Positions 52,701 to 64,000 of a DNA stretch of 64,000 nt are shown one piece after another (position 1 is the stretch's first letter; each line of letters opens with the position of its first letter). Made by a program: the position numbers and the translations under genes. The DNA comes from Phallusia mammillata (taxonomy: Eukaryota): the NCBI GenBank assembly GCA_965637545.1, contig OZ281500.1, positions 23,064,001 to 23,128,000 of the forward strand. The letters are read 5' to 3'. Below the pieces are notes generated by a model. It was not told where the DNA came from. It saw only the letters and a program-made list of their open reading frames with translations, and did not search any database.

Positions 52701-54434
52701 CCGAATTACCTATTAAGACTAAAGGTGCAGAACTTGCGGTCAACGGGCCAAATCAACCTTTGGCCCGCAAAGACGTCTGCATTTTAAATGAAGAATGGCT
52801 CGCTTAACTATTTCAATCCACTGCTAGCAAGCGAATATAGTTTGTTTTGTTTTTTCTGAGCAGATCAATGCGTCCGGTGCTATTTTACTTCGGCCTATAT
52901 ACCACTGCGACTAGAAGCAGTTGTTAACGTAATAAAAGTAAAGTTCATATTTGTTATTGTGGCTACTTTCTGTCGTCGATCTGCCGGTTACGTTAGTTGC
53001 ATTTAGCCATCAGTGTTTGAGGTTGCACACCCCTGATTTTGATCATAGCTCAACACAATGCTTAAACTCAATAACTTAGCCTTACAACAACTTTGCCTAC
53101 TACCTGAGGTCCATATCGCCGTTGATCCAGTAAGCGATGAGGTTGGAAGCGTTGCCACCAGGCAAACATCCCATGATCAGGACGACCAATGCTTTCGCTT
53201 GCGTAAGTCCCATCAGGGTTGCAAGAACGAACGCACACAAAGGCATGATGCCAAATTGACATAGAAAACCTGGGCATGAAAGCAACATAGATGTACTATG
53301 CCAGGGATTCTTCGCCAAAGTCATTTATAGTACACTTTAAATTAACGTCTAAACCAGTATATTACAACGTTTTTGTACGTACGCCCATCAAAATTTAATT
53401 TTATATTTAAAACTTGCCATGGAAGGCGGGTCGAAAACAAAGCACTAAAAGTAAACAATAATATTAGTTTTGAGCGTGTAATGGAACAAAAATGTATTGA
53501 ATATTGGCACTAGTTTTGCGCTTCGGCACTTACAAACAACAATTCAAAACCGTTGTCTCACCAATTAGAATCCCCCACGGGCGAACGAGTCTGGTCTTGA
53601 GCTTTTCCACTTGCACGTTGCATCCCATTGCAAACATGACGATAGAGACACATCCAATCAGCGCAAGGCTAAGTGCACGACTGCAAACAACAAACCAATA
53701 CAGACGAATCTCCCATTTTTCCGTTTTTGTGTGCAATTAACCAGATTTTACAATTACCAGAGTTTCGAATGCAAATAATGGAACAATGAGATTAACCTGT
53801 TTGAATTTAACCAGATTTTACGGTTATCAACCCCTACTGACCATGCAAACCCTTTCCTGTCAACACATATTTTAAATCATTTGCAAACCTGTAATTCGCT
53901 TGCTTTTGTGAGGAGCATTCTGGAATTTGGACTGTTATGTCATCAACGCTAGCGCAGTATTCCGCCATTGTTGGTACTGAATAAAAGCAACATTAGGACG
54001 TAGACCGCAACAGCGGTTTTAGTAGAGGGTCAAGCATACATTGAAATAGATCCTAAACTAACGATCACTGTTTGACTTTTTTATGTTTATGTGATTTCAT
54101 ATTTGTTGTGCTAAAATATAAACATTGCCTATTTTTATTAGGAAACTTTACAATTTGACTTTTCCAAAACTTGCATCTTTAACATTCTCGAACCCCCGAA
54201 AAAACATTTTTGACTTTGTACAAAAAATCAGATTTACAAACCGACAGCTTTTCCTGTACGATTTCTGTCATCTTCTGAACCGGATCCGGATCCCGATAAA
54301 TCAATTATTCCGGATTCAGATACTTCATTAATTCCGGAACCGGATACATTCCATCCGCTAAAATCGTTCGATTCCCACCATTGTGGTGACGTAACAAACG
54401 GTTCTGATGTAAAGAGAAACGATGTCGTATTCAT
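49747..54434 (-). CDS. SLC10A2-like: SLC10 family sodium/bile-acid cotransporter (ASBT/SOAT-like), about 426 aa, with a Ser-Gly-rich N-terminal extension
   Basis: Exons 54434-54242, 53976-53889, 53680-53562, 53269-53104, 52526-52411, 52042-51954, 51561-51438, 51070-50923, 50445-50352, 49890-49747 (1281 nt). Family motifs [72 protein letters not shown]. Exact paralog (A2 versus A6 etc.) not resolvable by eye. Confidence 0.93.
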
Positions 54435-54634
54435 ATTTTTAATTCAAGTTTTCTTTATATCTTTCGAAGCGGATTAGAGTTTGTAAAAATCTAGGAATTA
54501 AAACAAGTTAACGCCAAACGTTTTTGTAGCACAACTTTCGATTAAATCTGCGACAACTATGAGTGAACATTTATACAGACTTTTGTCACACAGAATTTGC
54601 AAATCTAACGCAAAAACAACCCTAATACATATCA

Positions 54635-54721
54635 GTCGTAGTACGCGAGGCTTATTAAAAGCGTCATATGCAAACAGGCTCTTGTCGCGGGTTCGAATCC
54701 CACCACATGCTTGATTTTTTT
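54635..54721 (+). other. Degenerate tRNA-derived (SINE-like) Pol III element
   Basis: B-box GGGTTCGAATCCC at 54689-54701 followed by a T-run; the cloverleaf stems do not pair well, so not called a tRNA. Confidence 0.35.
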
Positions 54722-55955
54722 AGCTTATGCCTTGCCTCTTTTAAGTAATGTTACCTAAAGAAACCTTAACTACTAAGCAGCTAAACAGTACAAAATTTCA
54801 AAAATACAAAACAAAAACAGAGCGAAAACACTTCATTACATATTAAACTTTAACACAGACCAAACTTCTAATCCTAACAAATTCTTAAAAACGGACTATA
54901 AGTATAAAAGGCTGCAGAAATCATCATGTCAGGCAACTGAAGTAAAACAATCACACTGACTTTACATTATGATTCCGCTTTTCTTGCGAGCACGACTTGT
55001 AAGAGACCCTGTTCTTATCTCTGCCGCTTGCAAGTTGGGACACGTTTTGCTGGACGGTCAAAGATAGCAGCGTTAAAATTGAAACCAACAGATATAAGTC
55101 AAATGGTTTGGTTGGAACTTTATAAAACGGATTCTGAGCTTTGGTGTTGGTATTTGTCTGAAAATCTTGGTTTTTGGGCAGATAACATTGTTGTATGGAA
55201 ATTTTACGTTGCTTATGATTACACTACAATAGGTATCTGATTAGATACAACTTTACTGTATATCAACTCAACTGTATCAAAAGCTATGTTGGACATAGCT
55301 ATGCACAGTAAGAACGCAAAAAAGCGCACAAAAATATGAAAGTCCCTTGATTCACATCGGAAGATTAAGGCTGAACGCGCCACTAATACCACATCAGTAC
55401 ACAGCATTAACAACCCTAGCGTGGGTACGTTTACAAAAAAAGCAGGCAAAACAACATGTTTGAAGGTTGAAAATTCTGTAGTCAGTTGCATTGATTTTCC
55501 GGTAATCTTCAGTGGGAAAATATACTGACAATTTTGTCGCAAGACAAGCAAAAGACTTCACGCGGGGGTTCTTAAACAGGTACGTGTACCCCTTGGTGTA
55601 CACGAGGTACGGTGTCAAAATTAAGTCCATAAAACCTCTCACTAAACGTTCAAAAGCACTTTGCTTGCCTTAAACGAGCATTTGTAGTGGCTTCCCCCAT
55701 TCATGTGGTCAGGGAACCGGTCAAGTTGTCTATTTTCTTAGTCATGTGTGATTATTCCTTTTCCATGTTGCAGTATTTTTGCTTGGAAGACCGACTTGGT
55801 TGAGCATGTCGCTTTTATTATATATGGCGTACTATGAAATTGACATAAGAATGTCGCAATCGCTGGTCTTTATGAAGGCTTCAGCCAGTAATTGAACCAT
55901 TTGACATTTTAAAGCGGAGCCAAACACTTTAACATACTCCCTTGTTGACCTAAAG

Positions 55956-56460
55956 CAGGGGTGCACAACCTTTTTGCTAAGACGGCCGCATTGCGGATCC
56001 TTATTTCACCCACGGCCGCCAATTACCTGCTTGTTTTGTTTTTAAATTGAATATGTGAAAATAGGGCTTGTCCCACATACAAAAACCATCTAATGGCGTC
56101 CAAAAAGGCCGGATAATTTTTAAAACATGATCCACAGATTGAGCTAAACAGTCTGATGACCCGTCTGAGCTATTAATGACGTCACAATCTATATTGTGAC
56201 ACAAGAGGTGACTGTTTATTTGCATTGTTTGCACACAATAGGCGTATATAAAGTGTAATGTACAGGGTTACCACGCTGGTAATATTCTTTACAGTCTTAC
56301 AAAATCTAATTAGAGCAGTTTCAAAGTCAAAATATTTAGCAAAAGAGTTGTTTTTACGTCACGGCCGCCAGTACATATATTTTAATAAACATGTTCACGG
56401 CCGCACAAAATCGTCAACTCGGCCGCATGCGGCCGTACGGCCGCAGGTTGTGCACCCCTG
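55956..56460. mobile_element. Non-autonomous hAT MITE, 505 bp
   Basis: Perfect TIR CAGGGGTGCACAACCT / AGGTTGTGCACCCCTG; perfect TSD ACCTAAAG; subterminal CGGCCG repeats. Confidence 0.93.
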
Positions 56461-58446
56461 ACCTAAAGTCAGTATTATTTACGCAGCTTGAACAGAAATT
56501 AACGAAGCGCTGTAGCAATTAAGCAATGATCTGGACAGATTGACCACGCGTTCCTAGCCAGCATGTCATGCAAAACTGTATGAGTTACACAGACTTGGTC
56601 ATGCATACACACAATGATAAAACACACTACCAGGAAAAATCCGCCTTCCGCCGCCTTTAAAGCTATTGGGTTAAGTTTATAATTTTACGAAAGAATAGTT
56701 TAATATGTTTACCGCTAACTCGCATTCAAGTGTGCCTAATGTAAGCGTAAAAAAGGCTTATCTCTAGACATGAAACATTGCTCTCCACCTTGACTGTTTT
56801 TTTTTTGTTCTTTATCTTCTATTTTTTATGCACGTTTTTTGGAACCTTGTTTATTGACTGATAAAGTTTAGATTTCCTAATTGATATGGAGTCATCGAAA
56901 CTATCCAACAAGGTTTTTTTTTCGGTGGTTTCTTTTTCCTGTCGAAACCCACCCTCTTTCCTAACACGGGTGGTTAGTTTATAGGCCCCTCCCGTCTGGT
57001 CCCACCAACGTTCCCTCCCGCCCCCAGTCGCGTTTACCCACAATGCGCCAACCTCACTTTCTTGTGAGCCCCAGTCACATAACGTCTTTCAATGCCGGGT
57101 TCAACCATTATCCACCAATTGTGACCTTTAGTGTTTTACGCTCCATGACGTTTTAACGTTGCGCAGCTATTTCCGGCTTGGTTTGTTTTTGGCTTGGTGA
57201 TTGTTTTTGTGCTGTTGTATCGCTATGTTCACAAAGCGAAATAAACTAATCTCATCTCAAGCATTGAGATTAGGTGGGATAACCCTCAGATTCCAAGTTT
57301 ACAAAACACAACAAACGTGAATCTACTAAAGTTTGTTATTATTGACAAAACCTGAATTTTACAAACCGCCACAAGTTTACAAATCACAAGTTCACAGTAA
57401 AAGTATTATAACAATAACAAATGCTTCACATACAAACTTGTCACAATATGCAACTAAAAGATGTATTATTTGAAGTAGAATTATACTGGTAATGTTAATT
57501 TAACACAATGCAAACTGAGTCAAACCTATAGAGTTTTTGTTGTCATCATTTTCAAGTACGAAATTTTGGAAACTGGCAAAAATTGAAATGAAAGGCACAA
57601 AAAAAAAAAAAGCATGATAAAGAAAAATACATTGCTTGAAAATTAAAACAAGTAAAATCTGGTCAGATATAATTTAGATAAACGGAAGTTTAGACAAATT
57701 AGCAATCATTAGACATTAGTGTTTGATTTTTAGGAGCTGACTATTATAACATTTTATTTCAATAGGGTTTTCTTCTGGTTTGCATAGCTCAATTGCTGTT
57801 AAATGGCAAACTTTTCCCAATCATCATATAGATGTGTGAAGACAGTTGAAAAATATTTACATGTTTAGACACAAAGTTCAGAAATAACAGTCACGGTAAT
57901 TTGACACAAACCAACTATATGGAACATAATTACGACTATAAGTCTAACAAAACATCACAGCTAACATTCACTAAAGCAATTCATAAAGCAGTTTAAAATG
58001 TGGTTCAACCATTCAACTAACAATGTGTAACCTATGGTTTTATTATGTGTACATTTTTAATTCCAGTAACAATTGCAACGTTTTTTTGTCTATTATAGTG
58101 TACAAAACAAAGTCGCTTTCAACACCTAAAAGTTTCATGTTTGTTTTCAAACATTTGTGTATAATTTAGGTACCTGCTAAAGTACAACATAGTATTTTAC
58201 TGTAATTGACGTACAACAGCAGGGCAGTTATAAAATTCAATGGATAAATAATTGGGATCATATTTACAAAGTAAACATGAGACTTTATTGTACAGACTGC
58301 TATGCAAACAAATCACAGTTTATCATGTGTGATTCTACTGCATGCATTCATCATTGCATTATTTCCCCTAGTTCCAATAACTGTGTAATCAATCGTGGTT
58401 GCATGGGACAGTAACTGTTGTCTTGTCGTTGTGTAGTTTTTCCAAT

Positions 58447-61408
58447 TCAGCAGAAACCTGAGTCAATAAAAGTGTTATTGGGTGTGTTATCAACGTCAAT
58501 TACACTAGTAATGTGGCTGTGTTCACACAATTTAGACATTATCTTTCTTGTGGACAACTGAAAAACATGCTATAAATGGTTCCTGTGTATAAATGTAACC
58601 ATGATTAAGAACATCTACTGTAAACATTAAAACATAAGTTTATTATTCATCGATGGACATTTTTAAGTTTTGGTGTTTGGCTGAAAATAACCCACCTGGT
58701 CACTTTGGATGATATTAGCTTTCTTCTCAACAAGTTTTTTAACTTCAACTTCAATATTTTGCCAACTTACACCCGCACAGGCATCTTCTACAAGATATGT
58801 CTGAAATATATGCAGTAAAATAACTTTATCAAATGACATAAAAATAACACACCCGAGCTATTGTATTTTTAACTATTTTAAAAACAGAGAATTTGGGTAT
58901 TATTAAATATACGTTTGTATAGTTTTTTGTGTCATCAACTATGAGCAATTTACTTATATAGAGAGTACACTGTGCTTAGGATACAAAAACCTCAGAAATA
59001 AAATTGTGTTTTCAAAAAGAATATGTGCAAATTTGTCAAGGGTATAAGTGGTAACTTTAGTGACAAACCAGTGAATACTTTTACACCTACAAATTAACTT
59101 AAACCTACTTTATACGTGATTGACAAAAAGTAGAGATGGAAAAATTCATGTCACAAGAAACACCCTAAAACCTAACTGACCTGGTATCCAAGATCCAAAC
59201 TGTCTTGCACTGTAAAATTCACACATACATCTGTTGCAACTCCACACACAAACACATGTGTGATGTTATTTCTCTGTAGTAATTCTCTCAGTTCTGTCTC
59301 CTGCAAGTGCTGGTTATCAAAGAATGCAGAGTAGGAGTCGACATGTTTGTCCATGCCTTTTGTCACTATATGACTTCCATTTGCAACCTAAAACATGGAA
59401 TTTAAAAGTTGACATTTGAACTATACTACATACAAATTTGAGATCCGCAAATTAAAATACAGACATAGCAGAACAATGCTTTTCCAACATAAGACTGCAA
59501 CAAATTTATTTGACAAACATTTTACATATTTTTCACCTAAAGTATGTTTTATAACAATAAAGGGAAATATAACACCCTTTTAAAAGCAGACTAAAAATAT
59601 TTGCGTTATAATATCTGAAATATAACACTGTTAGTCTTATCATTGATGCTGAGTTTCTTGTGATTTGGATAGTATATTTTAAATGGCTGCCGTTTAATAA
59701 TTCAAAAAAAATTTAATAAATTTGAACGTTCAGAAAAAACATTTAGTTGTTCATCCTTAAGTTTAAAGATATATATATTTCGCTTTTTCAGCATCATCAG
59801 TATCTTATTCAGATAGAACAGGGGTTCCCAACTGGTGGTACGCGAAGGTTTTTTAAGTGGTACGCGAGTAGCTTTCGTTTTTTTTTCACAAAAATTTGGA
59901 TTCACAACTTTCTATTTTGTTTATGTGGTTTTGTTTACAAAAAAAATTCCCCAAGCCTCTTCTTATTGTTACGTAACTATTTCTGTTGTTTCGTATCATT
60001 ACGATCTACAAACTACACGTCATGTCAATTGCCAACAAGAAGCACAGTTGCTTTGAAAAGCCGTACAACACTGTGGGACAGTGGGCGTTGATTACGGCAA
60101 ATGATTGCTCAGCCAATTGGTGGACAGTAAACAAAAGCAAAAATATCATTAAATTTGCTTTAGTGTTATTTTAGTAGGCCAATATTATTATTCTTAATAA
60201 AATATGATTCGATTAAATAAGTTGTTCTGCAAGAAGTGGTACGCGTGGCAGTACAAAGCGTCCAAGTGGTACGAGATCGAAAAAAGGTTGGGAACCCCTG
60301 AGATAGAAGTAAGTGAGGCTTTTATTTACCAGTAAGTCAGGATGTAGTTCTGAACCCCATGAAGATTGAATACAGTGTGGAGGCCACAAAACTTGTTCTC
60401 TTCGCTGGTTTCCGTCAACATTGAAAACAACTTTGTCATAAACTTCTGCTGATGTTGGATCAATCTTCAGAATAAAATTTTAGTAATAAAATCCATGCAT
60501 GTTGTGAGATAGATGCTCTTTATTGCATGACAAAACATACTGTATTTTTTGAAAAACTGTTGTTGCATGTAACAATACTTTTAGCATAAACTTTGACGGT
60601 AAACAACTGTTTCGCCCAAGAATATATTATTGTTTCAAACTAGTAACTATGTCAAAGGACTAAAAATAATATAATATAACTTTATATTTACAAAGAAATT
60701 TACCGTAGATTCTTCATGTCGTTCAAACTTGTAAGCGTTGGTAACGAATGAAATGTGGTCGGCAGGATGCCAATCTTTTGTGTATACAATCAAGTCCCAG
60801 TTTGGTAGGGAGGTAAGTTTGTTTACAACATGTATAGTGTGATTTCCATCCTGAACAAAAAATGTAATGTAAAAATTTCTTTAAAGCACAGATTTAGATG
60901 CAGAAAAATATGTAAAAATTACCGAAACTAAAAATGAATAGACTTGCAACAAGACAGGGATTTTGACAGCAGACTCATTGTGAGCAGGTCACTACAAAAT
61001 CAAATTGGATCATCCCATGTGTGTCATAGCTTAACGCAACACTTCTAGATCAGTTAAGATGAACATAAATTTACAACCGGGATCAGCCCTAAAACGTCTG
61101 TACAGACCAGCGATCAGGGCATACTCACAAATAAATCACAGTGCGCCAGGCCCATTGAAGGCATGATACCCTGTTAAACACTTTAAAATGTTCCTAATTT
61201 GATTCCTTGTCTGTGAATACTTCAACAAAGATTTAAGCAAACACAACTAAGGAAGTTTTAAGCTGATAGTAGGGGGGAAATGGTTGAAATGTACCTGTAA
61301 ATCATGCTACCTTACCTGTTTAGCTGGGCAGTCTTTCATAGCTAGAGACCCGCTAATGAAATCATTTTGCATGTCCACCACCAACAAAACACATTTATTC
61401 GGGCTCAT
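58447..61408 (-). CDS. PNC1: Nicotinamidase/pyrazinamidase (isochorismatase-like cysteine hydrolase), about 265 aa
   Basis: Exons 61408-61316, 60850-60704, 60464-60330, 59387-59181, 58800-58696, 58557-58447 (last exon less certain). Catalytic D (VDMQNDF), K (VTKG) and C (GVATDVC); metal-binding DWHP and WPPHC; YSAF motif. Confidence 0.93.
59819..60300. mobile_element. Non-autonomous hAT MITE, 482 bp, in nicotinamidase intron 3; inverted copy of the 40348-40854 family
   Basis: TIR CAGGGGTTCCC / GGGAACCCCTG; perfect TSD AGATAGAA; internal sequence is the reverse complement of 40348-40854 with small indels. Confidence 0.93.
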
Positions 61409-61800
61409 CTTTTAATGCTTTTGCAAATACTGCTTTGAAATAAATAAATAAGTAATGCTAAAACCACTTCACTTTATTTAACCATACGAGTCTGGTTCCG
61501 AAACATTAGTTTCTATTTAAGCTCCCATGAAAAAAGGTCCCATGAGCTATAAGAGACACTTGTTGTCTTGTAAACGAATAAAGCTTCAGAAACCAACCTA
61601 TGACAATTGATTTACGAAAAGTAAGTACATACTATACTGCTGTTTACAATTAGGGGCATAACATTTAGTAGAAACGTTGACAACTACAACAATTAAATGT
61701 ATGTTTTTGGAATTTCTTTTTTCGATCATGGGACGTACAACTTTCCCATAGAAACCGAACTTTTGTTGTCGGTGCTTTCCCCAAGTGAAGTGAAAGCGAT

Positions 61801-63965
61801 CTACGCGTCACCAAAGTATATATAAAACACAAGTAGTCCAAATTAATACAGCAGGTATAGGGAAAAACACATAAATTGTCTGATTTTTACAAACTGGTGG
61901 GATTTAACGCGAGTTTGATAGGCAAAATCGAATAAAACTTTTGGGTTCTAACATTTGAGCGTGATAATGGACGCTGAACGCAAATATTTAAAGTTTACAT
62001 GAAAAATAAGCGGCCAAATTTACATGAAAAACAGCAATTTAGCTTTTAGTATTACGGTGAAATGTTAGAACTCGAAATTTTCATTCAATTTGGCGAATCA
62101 AATTCGCGTCTATGCTCTCCAGTTTGTAAAAATCAGACAATTTATGTGTTATTTTTCTCTACCCACAGTATCATTTTGGACACAAAATGGCTACATAGGC
62201 TTTATTGCGTAACAATAGGTTGGACAACTTGTGTTTTATATAGACTTTGCGCGTCACAAGCCACAAGGTGATCGTTGCGCAAACAAAAGTTGCACCTTAC
62301 TAGTGTAAAATACGTTTAAACAAGTCCAAATTTAACTCGGTAATGTTAATAAGATTGATATTAAAGGTTTTTCGTGATAAACAATAGGTTTGTAACATTT
62401 TTATCTGTTTTGTGCCCCTAAAAAACTTAATTTTCGCTTGTGTTCTCGCAAAATACCATCCATTGCTCTGAAGAAGTCCTACCGTTCTGGTGGGTGAACC
62501 CCTACTGTTTCTGTGTTGACAAATTTTTAAACAAACAAGTAGTATTTTGTTTAGCATTACACCAGTTACACGACAAATTTGTTTTGAAAAACCTAAACTG
62601 GAAATCTTAGTACATATCCACAATAGATTTATCAAGCAGGTTTATCTATAAACTCCCTGTCTACTGTTCTTGTATTCCCTTCGAACTACAGGCTTGTAAA
62701 ATACTGCAGGATACTGGCCTGACAAGCTTGATGACAAAAAATGCAAGCGCCATTTATCGCTTTAAAAAAGGGGAAGTGTGATTTTTTTTCTACTTTGTAT
62801 TAACTCTACTTGATGTCGCGTACATGAACTGCGATAAGGTTAACTTTGTTGATGTTTCGTGCATCGATGACAGGACGCAGTGAATAGTAAAAAACATTAT
62901 GTTTCCAAGAACTTTTTTTTAACAAAGCTGTTTTTGACGGAGGCATTTTTTAACAATAGCACAGCAATTGACATTTCCGTAGAGGCAGCGGCCGCGGTGT
63001 CAATTTTGAAAGGAACCGTCGAGTTCACTTGAGTTTGTTTTGCTCGTTAAAGGAAATAATAAAGCGGCACCATTGCGTTATTAAATTGTTCCTCAAGTTT
63101 GTTTACCGTATAGCGACGTTGCTTAAAAAAACAATTTTGTGCTGCGAAATCACCAACTAACTGTGCGTTTTAGGCTTGTGATTTAATCACCCTTGTTCAC
63201 TAAAAAAAGCGTTTTCGCTAAAAATACCTTTTTTCGCGAATTTTATCGAATTTCAGTTGCTATAAATTTAGGAACAAAAGTTGCTATAAATTTAGGAACA
63301 AAGAAACAATAATATGGTTTGTCGTCCTTATTAGCAAACACGTACAATAACATACATCCTACTGAAATTGGCACATGGAACAGTCAAATTGGAAACAGTA
63401 TACGTTTATACTGACAAAAACACCAACATTACTAACAATAGATTGTCATAGTTACGGTCATTCGTGATACATGTTGTATGTAGGGGTTCTATGGCAGTAG
63501 TCTTCAACCTGTGGGTCGCGACCCCAAGTGGGTTCGCCTAAACTTTGTCTGGGGTCGCTATAAATTTAATTTATTGGCGTTTAAGTTTATTACACAAAAA
63601 ATGATATGTTTTCGCTCTAGTTTGCAACCTTTGCTCTTGTTTCGTAGTACATGTTGGTACCTCGTGTCTCAATCTAATTATTGTGATGCAATATTCCATA
63701 TAAAACATGAGTTGTCCAAGCAATTGCTACGCGATAGAGCCCCATGCAAGTCATGTGTCCAAAATAATATACAGGGTACAGGGGAAAATACATAAATTTA
63801 CTGATTTTTACAAACTGGTGAGCTTTAACGCGAATAGATTAGCCAAATGAAATAAAACCTTTCGGTTCTAACATTTGAGCGTAATAATGCACGCTGAATG
63901 TTTACATTTAAAGTTTACTTAAAAATTGAGCGAACATATTTACATGAAAATAGTTTCAGTTTCGG
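61801..63965 (+). repeat. Pair of diverged direct repeats of about 240 bp (61801-62045 and 63728-63965)
   Basis: Shared blocks TTTTACAAACTGGTG, TTTAACGCGA, GGTTCTAACATTTGAGCGT, ATTTAAAGTTTAC and ATTTACATGAAAA in the same order and spacing. Confidence 0.8.
63255..63302. repeat. Perfect 24-bp tandem duplication
   Basis: AGTTGCTATAAATTTAGGAACAAA x2. Confidence 0.92.
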
Positions 63966-64000
63966 CATTACTTAAACATTTTTCTCCCTATCGGAAAAAA
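63495..64000. mobile_element. hAT MITE left end; right end not found in the window
   Basis: CAGTAGTCTTCAACCTGTGGGTCGCGACCCC resembles the other TIRs and subterminal motifs; preceded by TTCTATGG (central TA). Confidence 0.55.

Noticed and set aside
54635-54721. Functional tRNA gene
   Set aside because: Only the B-box is good; acceptor, D and anticodon stems do not fold.
56840-56990. Possible hammerhead ribozyme (GAAAC motifs with hairpins)
   Set aside because: No intact CUGAUGA core correctly placed before a stem II, and stem III pairing is broken; an Infernal search with hammerhead models would settle it.
49747-61408. Functional gene cluster linking lipid-type receptors, bile-acid transporter and nicotinamidase
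   Set aside because: Adjacency alone is not evidence in an animal genome; no shared regulatory signature is visible.
58447-61408. Bacterial contamination or recent horizontal transfer of pncA
   Set aside because: Five canonical spliceosomal introns, a host MITE inside an intron, and host-like base composition.

Overview
AT-rich, intron-containing eukaryotic (animal) DNA, most likely from an invertebrate chordate such as an ascidian. This is inferred from short introns, vertebrate-like PRMT7 and SLC10 genes, and an intron-rich nicotinamidase of a kind vertebrates have lost; the species cannot be determined. Seven spliced genes were reconstructed by hand from GT-AG sites with consistent reading frames: PRMT7 (minus, runs off the left edge), four divergent class-A-like 7TM receptors (one plus-strand 6-exon gene and three minus-strand 5-exon tandem paralogs), an SLC10/ASBT-like bile-acid:Na+ symporter (10 exons), and a nicotinamidase (6 exons). 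Intergenic and intronic DNA carries at least six non-autonomous hAT (Buster/Charlie-type) MITEs, five with perfect 8-bp TSDs. It also has a 177-bp-arm foldback repeat, a small TA-flanked element family and a decayed Thr-rich 27-bp minisatellite. The most interesting signal is the receptor family. All four keep a basic residue at position 3.28, lack the TM3 cysteine and P5.50, and carry a Cys-rich ECL2 ending CS-x-x-W-x-P, hallmarks of EDG (S1P/LPA)/cannabinoid-type lipid receptors. Yet they have lost D2.50, the DRY acid and NPxxY. All exon coordinates, residue numbering and identities are manual and were not computed with tools.
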